In this document: positions 1 to 12,583 of the stretch, in pieces
Position numbering within the stretch: position 1 is the first letter of the stretch
Layout of the letters: the number at the start of each line of letters is the position of its first letter
DNA from: Porphyridium purpureum
Taxonomy: Eukaryota
Direction: 5' to 3'
Assembly (NCBI GenBank): GCA_008690995.1
Contig: VRMN01000001.1
Coordinates: 744,001-808,000 of the forward strand
Length of the DNA stretch: 64,000 nt
Program-made: the position numbers and the translations under genes
Notes under the pieces: model-generated
Databases searched by the model: none
What the model was told of the DNA's origin: nothing
What the model saw: only the letters and a program-made list of their open reading frames with translations

Positions 1-256
1 ACTGCACGGTTGCTCGCCGTGGACGAGCGATGGAGCTCGGAAAGAAGGTTGAAAGTTGGGCAGGGAGATTCAAGGGGTGGGTGGGAAGGGGAGAGACCAG
101 GAGAGCGAGGAGACTGCCATTGCGGGTGGGAATCCTTGGCTTGCGGTGGTGTGTGTTTTTGATTTTGGGTTTATTTTCCGCGCTTCAGAATCTTGGGAGG
201 AATCGGAGGGAATGGGGTTAGAAAGTCACGTGGGCGGCGTGAAGCCTGTCGCAGTC

Positions 257-3109
257 ATGGCGTTTCTGGTCGGCCATGCGCCGCGCATTGGCGTGCACCG
301 CATCTCGCACACGCGCATCGGCGCGCAAAGAACGCACGCGCGCGGTTATGCTCATCAAAGGCGATGCTCGCTCAGAATGCAGCAGCAGGACGAATCTGAA
401 TCGGATTCTGGCTTGAATGCGTCGGCAGGTCCGGCGCTGGCTTACGATCACATCAAGGTTGAGGCCCATTGGCAGCAATACTGGCAGCAGCATGGGACGT
501 TTCGCACAGAGCCAATGGAAGCATTGGACATGTCCAAACCCAAATACTATGTTCTCGATATGTTTCCGTACCCTTCAGGCGCAGGTTTGCACGTCGGGCA
601 CCCTGAAGGTTATACTGCCACCGATATTATGGCGCGGTACAAGCGCATGCAAGGGTTCAATGTAATGCATCCCATGGGATGGGACGCTTTCGGCCTTCCC
701 GCCGAACAGTATGCTATCCAAACCGGGACGCACCCAGCGGTCACCACCAAGAAGAACATTGACCGCTTTCGCTCGCAATTGCAGGCGCTTGGCTTTAGCT
801 ATGACTGGCAGCGCGAGCTCAGCACCACAGACGTGTCTTATTACAAATGGACGCAATGGATCTTCCTCCAGCTGTTCAAGCGCGGGCTTGCATACCAGGA
901 TGACGTACCCGTCAATTGGTGTCCCGCCCTGGGTACGGTCCTTGCGAACGAAGAGGTCATTGACGGCAAGTCCGAGCGCGGCGGATACCCTGTGGAGCGC
1001 AGGCCAATGCGTCAATGGGTTTTGAAAATCACCGAATACGCCGACCGCCTGCTCGCGGATCTGGATGAGCTCGACTGGCCAGAGTCTATCAAGGACATGC
1101 AGCGAAACTGGATCGGGCGCTCTGAAGGCGCCGAAATTGTGTTTCCTGTCGCCAGCACGGGAGAGGAGAAATCTCAGTCGACGTCGACATCTATTACCGT
1201 TTTCACTACCCGCCCGGAGACCATCGCGGGCGTGTCCTATCTGAGTGTGGCGCCAGAATACGGCGAGCTCGAGCAGCTCGTAACGCCCGATCAGCGCGAA
1301 GCAGTAAACGCATACTGCGAGGCGGCGCGAAATCGCAGCGATCGTGAGCGTAACGAAGCATCGAACAAGACTGGCGTTTGGACAGGGAGCTATGCAGTCA
1401 ACCCCTTCACGAAAGCGCAAGTCCCGATTTGGGTTGCTGATTATGTCTTGGGTGGATACGGCACCGGAGCCGTCATGGCGGTGCCCGCGCATGATCAGCG
1501 TGACTGGGCCTTTGCCAACGCGTTTGATCTGCCCGTCATTCGGGTGATTACGGGTGGTGGAGACTTGAGTGAGGGGGCTTATACCGGGTACGAAGGCGAG
1601 CTAGTGAACTGGAATGGTGCCGCGGGCTTGAATCTGGATGGCACAGGCGTTGCGTCTGCCAAAGCACAAATTTTAGAGCATCTAGAGGCAAATGCTTCGC
1701 TGGGCACCAAGAAGGTCAACTATAAGCTGCGCGATTGGCTGTTCTCGCGCCAGCGGTATTGGGGCGAGCCTTTCCCGATTGTTTTTGTGGATGGCGAGGC
1801 ACGAGCTGTACCCGAAGACGAGTTGCCAGTGCAACTTCCGAACATGGACAATTTTGAGCCGGCAGGCACGGGCGAATCGCCGCTCGCAAAGGCGACCGAC
1901 TGGCTGAAAGCGCCGGGCGGCGGCACGCGAGAAACTAACACCATGCCACAGTGGGCCGGATCTTGCTGGTACTATCTGCGCTTTATTGACCCGGACAACG
2001 TTGGAGCACCGATCGCGCCGGAGCTCGAAAAATACTGGATGCCAGTGGATTTATACGTGGGCGGTGTGGAGCACGCCGTTCTGCACCTGTTGTACGCGCG
2101 ATTCTGGCATAAAGTGCTGTACGACTGTGGCGTGGTTTCCACCAAGGAGCCTTTCCAGCGTCTGGTGAATCAGGGAATGATTTTGGGCCAAGTCGAGTAC
2201 ACAGCGTATCGCATGGCAGACTCGAACGAGTACGTGAGTGCGACCGATGTGGACACGGATAATTTAGTTCTCAAGAAAGGCGGCGCCGCGGTGCTGGCGG
2301 AAAGTTTGGATCCTGCCCAAGTGAAGAAGATCAATGGCACGCAGATGGTATTGCAGAGCGACGAGTCTATTTCCGTGAGCGCGCGAGCGCACAAGATGAG
2401 CAAGTCGCGCGGCAACGTTGTCAACCCAGATGATGTGATTCAGCAGTTTGGCGCGGACGCGCTTCGCTGCTACTTGATGTTTATGGGCCCGCTCGACCAG
2501 GTCAAACCGTGGAGCACACAGGCCGTGCAAGGTATGGCGCGCTTTCTTTCGCGCGTGTGGCGCCTCGCTATCGACACGGAATCGGTGCCTGATGCAGAAG
2601 GGAATGAGCCATTGCATCCGCTGCTGGACAATGCTGAGCCCACGAAGGAGCAGCTGCGCGTCTTGCACCAGACCATCAAGCGGATCAGTGAAGACACCGA
2701 AGGCTTGCGCTTCAACACGGCAATTGCTGGGATGATGGAATTCATGAACGCGGTGTACAAGTGGGAGAACCGGCCGCGAGCGGTGCTGGAACCCTTTGTG
2801 CTAATGCTTTCTCCGTATGCCCCGCACGTTGCCGAAGAACTGTGGGCGCGACTTGGTCACACGAGCTCACTGGCGCTCCAGCCGTGGCCGGTTCTGGATG
2901 AAAAGTATTTGGTTGTGGATGAGATCACCATCGTTTTGCAAGTCAATGGGAAGGTGAGGAGTAAGCTGACGATCGCAGCGGGTGCAGAGGAAAGCATGGT
3001 TGTCGAGAGCGCGATGGATCTGGAGCAGATCCAGAAATTCACGCAGGGAAAGACGATTCGCAAGACCATTTACGTGCCGAATCGGTTACTCAACATTGTT
3101 GCGAATTGA
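257..3109 (+). CDS. leuS: Leucyl-tRNA synthetase, bacterial/organellar type, with probable plastid transit peptide
   Basis: [14 protein letters not shown] (HIGH motif), [10 protein letters not shown], editing domain [28 protein letters not shown]-terminal QVNGK. Start placed at ATG 257 (MAFLVG) rather than the ORF-track start at 56. Confidence 0.97.
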   Translation: MAFLVGHAPRIGVHRISHTRIGAQRTHARGYAHQRRCSLRMQQQDESESDSGLNASAGPALAYDHIKVEAHWQQYWQQHGTFRTEPMEALDMSKPKYYVLDMFPYPSGAGLHVGHPEGYTATDIMARYKRMQGFNVMHPMGWDAFGLPAEQYAIQTGTHPAVTTKKNIDRFRSQLQALGFSYDWQRELSTTDVSYYKWTQWIFLQLFKRGLAYQDDVPVNWCPALGTVLANEEVIDGKSERGGYPVERRPMRQWVLKITEYADRLLADLDELDWPESIKDMQRNWIGRSEGAEIVFPVASTGEEKSQSTSTSITVFTTRPETIAGVSYLSVAPEYGELEQLVTPDQREAVNAYCEAARNRSDRERNEASNKTGVWTGSYAVNPFTKAQVPIWVADYVLGGYGTGAVMAVPAHDQRDWAFANAFDLPVIRVITGGGDLSEGAYTGYEGELVNWNGAAGLNLDGTGVASAKAQILEHLEANASLGTKKVNYKLRDWLFSRQRYWGEPFPIVFVDGEARAVPEDELPVQLPNMDNFEPAGTGESPLAKATDWLKAPGGGTRETNTMPQWAGSCWYYLRFIDPDNVGAPIAPELEKYWMPVDLYVGGVEHAVLHLLYARFWHKVLYDCGVVSTKEPFQRLVNQGMILGQVEYTAYRMADSNEYVSATDVDTDNLVLKKGGAAVLAESLDPAQVKKINGTQMVLQSDESISVSARAHKMSKSRGNVVNPDDVIQQFGADALRCYLMFMGPLDQVKPWSTQAVQGMARFLSRVWRLAIDTESVPDAEGNEPLHPLLDNAEPTKEQLRVLHQTIKRISEDTEGLRFNTAIAGMMEFMNAVYKWENRPRAVLEPFVLMLSPYAPHVAEELWARLGHTSSLALQPWPVLDEKYLVVDEITIVLQVNGKVRSKLTIAAGAEESMVVESAMDLEQIQKFTQGKTIRKTIYVPNRLLNIVAN

Positions 3110-4500
3110 TGACGCACAAGGGGTTGTGATAGTGCGAAGGCTCGTTATTTAAGTTCGCGTTGGCTCGGTTTCCGTCCGTCTCCCTAAAGTGTCCCGTTTC
3201 TTTTCCTTGTTGTTTGCCGTGAACTGCACCTCTCTCCGCACGTCACTCGTCGCCGCGGCTGTTTGAGCAGATTAGGAGATGGCCGAACGCTCGACGCGCC
3301 GGCGCACTGCGCAATGTGCGAACGAGGGCCTCGGCCTCTGCAAGAGTTCATGTATCCCCATGTTTCACACCCTGTCCTCTGCACCAAGGCCTCCCGCGTG
3401 CCTCTTGGCGCCAGAACGCAGATGTCCAAAAATCTCGGGGGACACGTGTACTCATGTATATATATTTTAATTTTTGCCACCATTGAGAAGTCTTTGGTGT
3501 GTTTATAATCGGGGACATTTCTCCGAGAAACCAAGTTGACGTGCCCGAGTGGTTATGATTTCTCGTCAAGAGAACTAGCCTCCGAAGGGGTCAGCCTGCT
3601 AGTTGCGTCAAGGCGCAATTTGTTAGTTGATGGTTTCTGCCGCGCGAGTTCGAACCTCGTCGTCAACGCTTCCAGAGGGAAAACAATTTTTTTCCTCCCC
3701 AGCAGGGTGTGGCGGCAGAAGCCAATCGCGTTTTGGCGCTGAGCCGGCTAGCACGGCAGCTGCTCGACTTTGGGCAAAAGTTAGCAACTCGCGAAACCAA
3801 CATTTCGTGTGAACATGGCTTGGATTTTGATAAGTTGCCAAACGTCCAACGTCCCTCGACTTCAAGGATTCTTGCTGCGAAGGCGTCAACACGCTAAACG
3901 TGACAACAGGCGCATGGTCCATGCTTCGGACAGGAGAGGGCTCGCTCAACGTGTTTCCCAAATCCACGACTGCACTTTACGGTACACAGTCGACTGCTCA
4001 AATAGCACCGCAGCTCTGCAGCCTCAATGGCGCTATGCGGACCTGCATGAAAAGAGCAAGTGTTTCTCCAAACACAGGGCCGAGCTCCATGGACGGAGGT
4101 CCGGAAATGGCGCAACACATCATCCGTGCTTGGCATGAATTTCACTCTGCGGTGACTTACACATCTCGGTCGAGACGCTCTCTGCCGGATTGCTCGCAAG
4201 ACCAAGAGGCCTGGGATGCAGATCCACGTCTCCTTCACACCGCGTCATGACGGCAGCTCTACACCAAGCCATCCCATTCTGCGACAAACACGAACGAACA
4301 CCACTCGACTCCGTCTCCTCCGCAGCCGGAATTCTTATCGCACAGGTACACTCCACACTGTACCGAGCGCGGCGGCCATCTTACGCGGTGCGGCGCGCGG
4401 TCGTGAGGCGGAAGAGGAAGCACAAGTAGGAGCGGAGGTGCGGACGGCGGGACCGCGCGGGGGAGGAGAGGCGGTGGGAAGGTGACGTGGTGCTGTGGAC

Positions 4501-6138
4501 ATGGATTCCATGAACTGGCGCTCGCGCGCCGAGCCGGTGGGGGTGCCTGCGGTGGATGACTCGGCCGCGATCGAGCGGAATCCGGAGCTCGGAAACGTGC
4601 CGGACGCCGTGCGCCAATTCATCGTCTTCTTTCGCGCCAAGTTTCGCGAGGGAAACACGCAGGAGATCCACACGCTGTACGAAAACACGTTCAATAAGCT
4701 GTCCAAGAAGTATTACCCAGACTCTGAATGGCCGCCGGCCGAGGTGATCGCGCCGCTGGTGGAGAACGATGAGCCCTTCCTGCTCCTGTACAAGGAGCTG
4801 TACTTTCGGCACGTGCACGGCACACCGCTCGTGAGCCTGGCACATCGGCTAGACGCATGGCAAAACTATGGCGATCTATTTGACTTCTTCCTGACAGGAG
4901 GTATGCGCCAGTTTGACTTGCCGCCCTCGTGGCTGTGGGATTTGACCGACGAGTTCATCTATCAGTTTGAGGCGTGGTGCCAGTACCGCAGCAAGCCCAA
5001 GAATAAGACCGAGGAGGAGATTCAGTACTTGGAAGAGAACGACTACATCTGGAACGTGAACGGCGTGCTTGGCTACTTGCACAACCTGGTCCACCATTCA
5101 AACATCATTTCGTGGCTTCTGAATGGCAACGCTCCGGCGGGCTCATCCGACCCGCGAGATAACAACTTTGATGTCTCCTCTTTACCGGTGTACCGATACA
5201 TTGGCTATTTCAGCATCATTGGCTTGTTGCGTCTGCACTGTCTGCTCCAGGACTACCGTCTCGCGCTCTTGGTGCTGCAGCCGCTGGATTTCGACATTAC
5301 GACGCCGCTGTACACGCATGTGAGCGCGTGTAATGTTTCTCTCTTTTATTACATGGGCTTTGCTTACATGATGCTTCGGCGGTACGATGACGCCATTCGC
5401 GTCTTCTCGAGCACGTTGATGCACATTGGCCGCATCAAGCAGTATCACACGCGCTCGTATCAGTTCGAGCAAATCAACAAACGAAATGACCAGATGGTCG
5501 CGCTGCTGTCCATCTGTTTTGCGTTCAGTCCGCAGCACACTGAGGAATCCAAGTTTGGCATTTTGCGTGAAAAGTATTCGGACAAGCTGAACCGCATGCT
5601 TGGCGGAGATGAATCCGTGTTTGAGGAACTTTTTACGTATGCTTCGCCAAAATTCGTGTCCCCCGCGCCGCCCGATTACCAGCTGCAGTTGATTGCGTCA
5701 GCAGAGTCTTCTGCGTCGATTGGACCGGACCCAGCCAAGCTCCAGCTCGCCATTTTCATGCGAGAGGTGAAGCAGCAGGCGCTTCTGCCCCACATTCGAT
5801 CGTATTTACGGCTGTATCGATCCATTAATGTTCCCAAGCTCGCTAGCTTTATGGATGTCGACGATGCGACGTGTCGCGCCAATCTGTTGTCCTTGAAGCA
5901 CAAGAGCTGGGAACTTGTCGGTAACGCCTTTGAGCCGCCCGTGGCCGGAACCTTTCAATCGCGCTCAGGTGTGCATTTTCACATCAACAGTGACAATGTA
6001 GTCCAAATTCAGGACTCCGAGGTGGAGATCAAATACGGTCACTACTTTATCGAACAGATGGAGCATTTGGACGCCGTCGTGGCCACCCAGCGGTTAAAGT
6101 TACTGGCTTCGGCGAGCAAAAAAGCAGTTCACGAATGA
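4501..6138 (+). CDS. EIF3L: Eukaryotic translation initiation factor 3 subunit L
   Basis: LYKELYFRH, WLWDLTDEFIYQF, GYFSIIGLLRLHCLLQDY, PKFVSP, IRSYLRLY. First ATG at 4501. Confidence 0.95.
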   Translation: MDSMNWRSRAEPVGVPAVDDSAAIERNPELGNVPDAVRQFIVFFRAKFREGNTQEIHTLYENTFNKLSKKYYPDSEWPPAEVIAPLVENDEPFLLLYKELYFRHVHGTPLVSLAHRLDAWQNYGDLFDFFLTGGMRQFDLPPSWLWDLTDEFIYQFEAWCQYRSKPKNKTEEEIQYLEENDYIWNVNGVLGYLHNLVHHSNIISWLLNGNAPAGSSDPRDNNFDVSSLPVYRYIGYFSIIGLLRLHCLLQDYRLALLVLQPLDFDITTPLYTHVSACNVSLFYYMGFAYMMLRRYDDAIRVFSSTLMHIGRIKQYHTRSYQFEQINKRNDQMVALLSICFAFSPQHTEESKFGILREKYSDKLNRMLGGDESVFEELFTYASPKFVSPAPPDYQLQLIASAESSASIGPDPAKLQLAIFMREVKQQALLPHIRSYLRLYRSINVPKLASFMDVDDATCRANLLSLKHKSWELVGNAFEPPVAGTFQSRSGVHFHINSDNVVQIQDSEVEIKYGHYFIEQMEHLDAVVATQRLKLLASASKKAVHE

Positions 6139-8217
6139 CGCGCGATTCTGAAAGAAAAAACTAGAATGCAGCCTCGCTTTGGCTCCAGAGAAAACAATTG
6201 AAATTGACTTGATCTTCGTGGCCGCTCGGTTGGATAGTAGACATTATCAAAGGAATCGCAAAAGAAAATCCACGCGGAGAATGTCATGAAGATTGGCTCC
6301 ATCATGTTTGACCCTGCTATTCTCGAGCATGGCTGCCCCGTCACCCCGCGCCGCTCACATGGTTTCAATTCTGACGTTGACCTATTTCTGACGCTAACCA
6401 TAACAAGTCGCCCGATGTTTGAGACGCAATGTGATATCATCGTGACGTTAGCTTGTGACGGCTACTCTGAATTTCGTAGATTTACAGCCACCCCAGTGGC
6501 AAATGCTGTGACATTGCAAGCGCACACACATCTTCTGCGATCCACTCGACGCTCTCTAACAAATTCTATGCGTTGGTAGAGAGAGACACCACAAACACAA
6601 CGGAAGACTGGATTTGCACATGCAGAAGTCCTCGCCGTAAAAATTTCGCAAAGGACAAGCACGCCAGTGCTTGGATATCTGTTTTTCATGCGCTGAACAT
6701 CGTGTACATGCCACTTGCGCATGTTCAGATCCCGCCAGTGCTCGAACGCATCTTGAAATAGAGTCGATTGAATGCTCCGATAGGACAGTGCAAACAAACT
6801 GATCACAATGCTGAGACACATCGTCACAGATGCACAACGAAACTCCCAAGATGCGAGAGAACCAATATTCCGACACATTCCGATGCGGATACTACGTGTT
6901 CGCGACCGAATTTGGTTGGTCAAGCTGGGAAAACGAACGCAATTGCGGAGCTGCTCTGCCTCCAGTGAAAAGCATCAGGAAGGTCAGATGACGTCATGGT
7001 TGACCTCCTGGGGGTTGGTGAATGTACAAGGTCCAAGTTTCAAAGACCGAGAATTAGGGAAGCAAACTTTCCTGGATAAGTACAGAGCTCGCATGAAGTT
7101 CAGGTACTTGGGATATGTAGCATGTGCCCTTGGTCAGCTTTGACTGGTCGCCGCCAGAGAGGTAGTTCATGTGTCATCTGTGGAAGGCAGGAGAAGATGC
7201 GGTGAAGGACATGACGTCCGCACAACGTGATTTCAAAAAGGCATGACAGTTCCAAGTTTGGGGTTAAAATCAGACGCATGCGCTTCTGCAAGTCTTTTCT
7301 TCAGCTACCTGGGAAAGAACAGAATCTCTTCTGAGACTATCTGTGGCAATTCCCGTGTAGTACTAGCTTGCAGCAATTACTTCATTCTTCTGCCGCAGGG
7401 CTCTGTGTTTCTGCCCTAGACATCGGTGTACCTACAATCCAGAAGCCGTTCGACCTGGAGTCGAGTCGCGCGCTGTCCGTCGGCGACGACGACACGAGCC
7501 ACACTCTGCATCTGTAGATTGCCGCGGACACGCTGGTATCCAAAATGACATTGGCGGAGACCGTGCGCAGGCTCCATGCGCTGCAACGCCTGCGCAAGCT
7601 GTGCATAAGCAGCACAAACAGCTGGCCGCGTTCCTTATGCACGAGCATGGCCTCATCAATTTGCCCAAGTTTGACGTGTCCAACATGGTCAGGTGCCATG
7701 ACCGCAAGATCCTCTCAATAGGTGCGTATCAAATGGCGTTTTGCGAACATTGACATTTCGAAGGTGGCTTGCATCCAAGGTGCGCCGGCGCGGCTCCATT
7801 CTGGCACTGATTAATGAAACAAAGTCGTCCAAGAAGTTCAAAGCGGGCGGGGCGGCCAGATTCAATACGGGCAGAGTCAAGGTTTACAGGTATGGCTCTG
7901 CGGTGTGTAGTGCAGCCATGAGTCGCAAAATGAACAGCGCAAAGAATAGTTTCCTGCGTAGCTATGTAGCCCTTGACCTTTCGGTGTTCAGCTTTGGAGT
8001 CTGAGCCCAACAGTGAAAACTGGCACACGTCGATTTGAGACAAACGCCGAACTTTGAGTTCGGATCAGGCGTTTTCTAGTTCAAGGGCCCCTTTGCTACA
8101 CAAACGTAAGTTCTAGACCGCGAAAGCATAAGCACGGGCAGAGTTCGTGCTTGAAGAATGAACCTCACAGCAAGTGCGAATCAGCTGTCAGGGAGCAAGC
8201 GTTAACCGGCCGACAAG

Positions 8218-9003
8218 CTAATATGTAGTCACTCGACTCGCCAGGTCGCGCAACACATTCGGGGTTTGAAAGTAAAGCAGGTCGCCCAGAATGCTAATGC
8301 GGTCTCCCAGTAGCTGGTACACAAGCCTCTCAACCATCAGAAGCGCGTGGGCAGCACGTGCCACAAGCACTGCGTTGTACGTTGACACGAGAACTCCATC
8401 GACGACAATATCTCCATGTGCGGTGTGTGGGTTAAACAGTCCCTTTGCCGCGACATCTCTGTTTATCTGAGCCACGCGAGAGTACCCGTCGACATCCTTC
8501 ATCCAATCACCCATCTGAATGTCATTTGCCCGGACCAGCGCGCGCACACGCTGCCCAGAATCATTGTATCGGTAAACATAGGCCAGATGCGTAGCACTAA
8601 GTGTGAGCAGCTTGCCCGATGCCAGCGCTATTCGAACGTAGTTACGCCCGACTGCGTTTTTGTCGCGATGGCCCCAGAATGTCACCGGACTATACAACGC
8701 AGGCTCCTCGCCTACATTCACCCTCACGCGATCACCCCGACGCAACCCGACCATCTGCACGCGCCTCCCATCCTCGAGCTCAACATACGCCGTCGCCGGG
8801 AAACAATCTGTAAACGGCGTTGGCGTGGGCGTAGGTGTCGGCGTCGTCAGCCCTTCCTGTCGGACAACAACACCATCATTCCCAAGCGGCACCGCGTCCG
8901 CATCCGAACTCACTTCATCAACTTTCAGTGCAGCGCATTCAGACACACTGTATCCTAGAGTCACCGCCACAATCGCTCCTACCAAGACCACAAACATCCC
9001 CAT
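8218..9003 (-). CDS. Secreted Hint (Hedgehog/Hog-type autoprocessing) domain protein with PT-repeat linker
   Basis: Hydrophobic signal MGMFVVLVGAIVAVTLG, a (PT)n linker, D|CFPA, GDRVRV, SPV..HRD, LTLSATHL, GLFNPHTAHGDIVVDGVLVSTY, and a hydrophobic SRR-like tail. Confidence 0.9.
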   Translation of the reverse strand: MGMFVVLVGAIVAVTLGYSVSECAALKVDEVSSDADAVPLGNDGVVVRQEGLTTPTPTPTPTPFTDCFPATAYVELEDGRRVQMVGLRRGDRVRVNVGEEPALYSPVTFWGHRDKNAVGRNYVRIALASGKLLTLSATHLAYVYRYNDSGQRVRALVRANDIQMGDWMKDVDGYSRVAQINRDVAAKGLFNPHTAHGDIVVDGVLVSTYNAVLVARAAHALLMVERLVYQLLGDRISILGDLLYFQTPNVLRDLASRVTTY

Positions 9004-9258
9004 CGTGTATCGTCGGCTCCTTCGCCTTCTCCAGAACGAACTCCGTCTTCTTCCTCTTAGCCTCAACAACAAGAACGTCCAATCCTCCAATGTTACTATT
9101 TAAATAACGTTATTTAGATATGAAAATACATCAGAAATCCGAAGCCCATGTTCAACGTGCTTTGTGTATGGAGCGGTTGCGGGAAGGGGCGCTGATCGGA
9201 GCGAGGGTGTGAAGGGGAAGAAGGAAAGGTGGGTGGGTGGTTGGGTGAATCAGGAAGG

Positions 9259-10575
9259 ATGGGGAGACTAGGAACAGTGCCGTCAGTGGCCGGGCTGCTT
9301 GTGTTTGGCACGGCGTGCTCGCTGCTGGCCAAGATCGTGTATTATGTGCAGGCGCCCGGTCTGCACGATGGGCACGCCGTCCGCAAGTTTGAGAAGCCGT
9401 GGTTCCAGGTGTTGACCATGTTTGTGGGAATGAGCTTGTGCATTGTGCTGGATAGAAAGAGCAAGAAGGAGGAGGCGAAGGGGTCCTCGGCTGAGGCGCA
9501 GCCGCTCATGGCCGCCGGGGACGCCGTTCCGGTGAATAAGCACGCAAATACTTCCGTGTGGATCATCAATATTCCGACGCTGTTTGATCTGTTCGCAACG
9601 GGTTGCGGCACCACGGGTCTCTTGTTTACAACAGTCTCTGTGTATCAGATGCTTCGCGCAGGGCAGCTCGTGTTCACTGCACTCCTGTCCGTCATATTTT
9701 TGAAGCGCAGGCTCGACATATTCAATGTTGGCGGCATTTTGCTCGCATGCTGTGGTATTGCGCTCGTCGGATTTGCAAATGTGATTTCGCAGACAAATGA
9801 TGAGGACAAGGCGAACCAACTGTTTGGCGTCTGCATTATTTTGTGCGGCCAGGTGCTGCAGGCGAGTCAGATCGTGATCGAGGAGTTTTTGCTTCAGCAA
9901 GTGCAGATGTCCGGTGTGCGCGTTGTTGCGTACGAGGGATTGTTCGGCGTCATGCACTGCGTGCTTTGGGTGCTGCCGATCATGTACCTGTTGCCAGGAC
10001 GCGATGCAGGTCGTTTGGAGGACACACCAGACTCGCTGTACATGCTCTCCCACACTTGGCGCGTGGCGTTTGTCATGGCGCTAGATATGTTGATGATGCT
10101 TGGGTACAATGTGTGCGGCATGGGAGTGACCGCAAACTTGACTGGCGTAGCTCGCGTAATCATCGAGACGCTCCGCACATTATTTGTGTGGCTGATCGAC
10201 ATGCTGTGCTGGTACGTGATCACGCCTGGATACTTTGGTGAGCCGTGGACACAGTACTCGTGGATGCAGGCTGTTGGGTTTGTATTCCTTGTGCTTGGCA
10301 CTCTTGTGTACAACTACAAACAGTTGGTCGTTGAGCAGGAGATTGTCAAAGAGCACGTGGTCATGGAGCACGACATGGAGAAGGACACCAGAGCCTCCGC
10401 CGGTACTCAGCTGGAAGCCAAGGGGATCGCGCTTGTACGGCCGATCGAGGAGGACGATGACGAGGAGCTGGTGGGATCTTATTATGCACACCCAGTTGGC
10501 TCTGCAGCCCACGCCTCGTACCTCGGGTCACTGCGAGAGGCCGGTCACCTGCATCATCGTGCTGTGGGAAATTGA
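9259..10575 (+). CDS. SLC35F6-like drug/metabolite (nucleotide-sugar) transporter
   Basis: About 10 hydrophobic segments, FEKPWFQVLTMFVGM, PTLFDL, SVYQMLR, QIVIEE, EGLFG, RTLFVW. Confidence 0.85.
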   Translation: MGRLGTVPSVAGLLVFGTACSLLAKIVYYVQAPGLHDGHAVRKFEKPWFQVLTMFVGMSLCIVLDRKSKKEEAKGSSAEAQPLMAAGDAVPVNKHANTSVWIINIPTLFDLFATGCGTTGLLFTTVSVYQMLRAGQLVFTALLSVIFLKRRLDIFNVGGILLACCGIALVGFANVISQTNDEDKANQLFGVCIILCGQVLQASQIVIEEFLLQQVQMSGVRVVAYEGLFGVMHCVLWVLPIMYLLPGRDAGRLEDTPDSLYMLSHTWRVAFVMALDMLMMLGYNVCGMGVTANLTGVARVIIETLRTLFVWLIDMLCWYVITPGYFGEPWTQYSWMQAVGFVFLVLGTLVYNYKQLVVEQEIVKEHVVMEHDMEKDTRASAGTQLEAKGIALVRPIEEDDDEELVGSYYAHPVGSAAHASYLGSLREAGHLHHRAVGN

Positions 10576-12583
10576 TTTTGATTCATTCTTCGAAACAAAT
10601 AAACCACGCGACGCTGGGACCACTTCCACACAGAGCACACCACTACAAGTCGATTAGGGCCTTTCACACGCTTGCGGTGACAACTGCAGCACGTTTCACT
10701 TCTAAAACTAGACAGCACTCGACATGTCGCCAGGTGCCGCCTAAGAGATGCCTCGGTCCGAGCGGCGTGGTGATGATAGCCAAGTAGGGCTCGACGCTGC
10801 TGCAAAGGTTCAAGTCGAACAGTGGCAGGAAAATCCAGTGCATGATTTACGGGTGAGCAGGTTAGCGATACGGACAAACACGAACTCCCAGACCTCGAGA
10901 AAATAGTCACCCTGCGTGACCACCTTGCTGAAGAAGACAGTGTGGTCGCACAGCTAGGACATGCTCGGACAATGATAGAAACACCCAATATTCTCAGCAA
11001 GTCGCTTGGCTCGGAGCGTTCCAGGAAGAAGAGCAGTGATGGGGGAAACGAAACAAAGCGAACAGCCTCAAGAGAGTGCGTGATCTAACCGCCTCTCGAG
11101 GCGTCTGTGAATGACGCTGACGACCTTTCGCCACTGCTAGGCAAGCAGGACCTAGAGTATCCATTCCGGTACTCGAGTGAAGAAGGTGTGCTCTCGTGGT
11201 CGAGTTCACCAGTGTGAGCTACTGCACGTTACACAACAGTTCCAACTTTGAGAATTCCAGATACCGGCGGTCATGTTTATGCTTGTCGGCCGGCACGCAG
11301 ACCCTGGAAAAGACTCGTCAAGTTTTTTGTTTGATGGTATTGCAATGACAAGTGCATTGGCGCGGGCCTCTGTGGCATGGTATCAATGAAAGACTCGGGA
11401 CAGAATGTGTACGGATTGTCCATGCCTGAGACAAGCAAACGAGTGAAATAGGCGGCCACTCCTGGAGATTCTGTGAAAATGTTGAACTGCATCTGGAATT
11501 TTACCGCGCGTTCGAGTCTATTGGGTGAGATATGTTGAAGAAAGTTCTACGTCTGCATTGAGAGAATCCAGGCGACAAAATAGTATATGACCAATCATTC
11601 AATTGATAGGGTCATGGCGACGCACATTGCCCTCGTTCTTGCACTCGCCGGTTTCCCGGAAGACGAGCTTGCTCCTTAATCGCTTGGGTAACCGCGAATG
11701 CAATTCTATTTTTTCACTCAATAGCGAGTTTGATGTCGAACTTGGACTATGTTCCGCAGCGTCGACAATGTTGACGTTGTCCAGGACCCGCTGTCGTCAG
11801 GAACTGGCTTCCACCATGTAGCGAAGGAGACTTGGTTCAGATCTAAGCTGACGAAGGCTCAGCGCTGGGCAACGCATAGCAAGAATCAGCACGAGAAGGA
11901 ACTAGATAAGTTAAGGATTGCCGGCCATATGGGCACTTCCACAAGCACGTTTCCGTTCACCGGCTCTTGACTATGGATCACGAGCTGTACTGTGGGCGTT
12001 CTACTAGGCACGCCGCCTGCAGGGGTTACATTCTGTCACCCACAGAAAATGTTCTTGAATGGGGATGCTTCGGAAGATCGCTCTACGTTCCAAAAGGAAC
12101 AATGTACTCTCTGAGCAGCTGATTGAGTGCTCAAAGCAGCTTTTAAATTCGAAATGAGTTGAGCGTAACTTGAAGTTGGTGGAAATCAAGACGGCGGCGG
12201 AGGAGCTGCCGACGGAGTCAGCGCGAGTACCAGAACAGGATGCTCCTTCATGTTTCAGGCCACCTTGGCCAGCACTGCCGACTTTCGTGAAGGACCCCGT
12301 GTCTGCTGAAAGTATGAAAGCCTTTGTCGAGGCTCGCAGGAGACCACGAGTGATTGCATAGAATTGATGAGAACTTTTTTGCGAGAAGGAAGACGATTTT
12401 ATTGCTGATTCTCCCCACCAAATTGAATACTTCCCGAAATGACTTTCATCAGACTCATGGTACGAAGGCCGCACTCGAGTGGTGAGCGGAACGTCCTCGA
12501 CGTCCGCAGTGAGACCTTGCCTTTCCCCCATGACATGCTCACTCAGCAAACGAACCCAGACAAACGCAGTACAGGGACTAACT

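Noticed and set aside
56..256. Upstream GTG/TTG-initiated extensions in the ORF track (LeuRS, PGK, GLDH, GMPPA and others)
   Set aside because: Eukaryotic context; downstream ATGs give sensible N-termini or transit peptides.
6140..8200. 2-kb gap with several short ORFs
   Set aside because: No recognisable domain, repeat or RNA motif in the frames I read.
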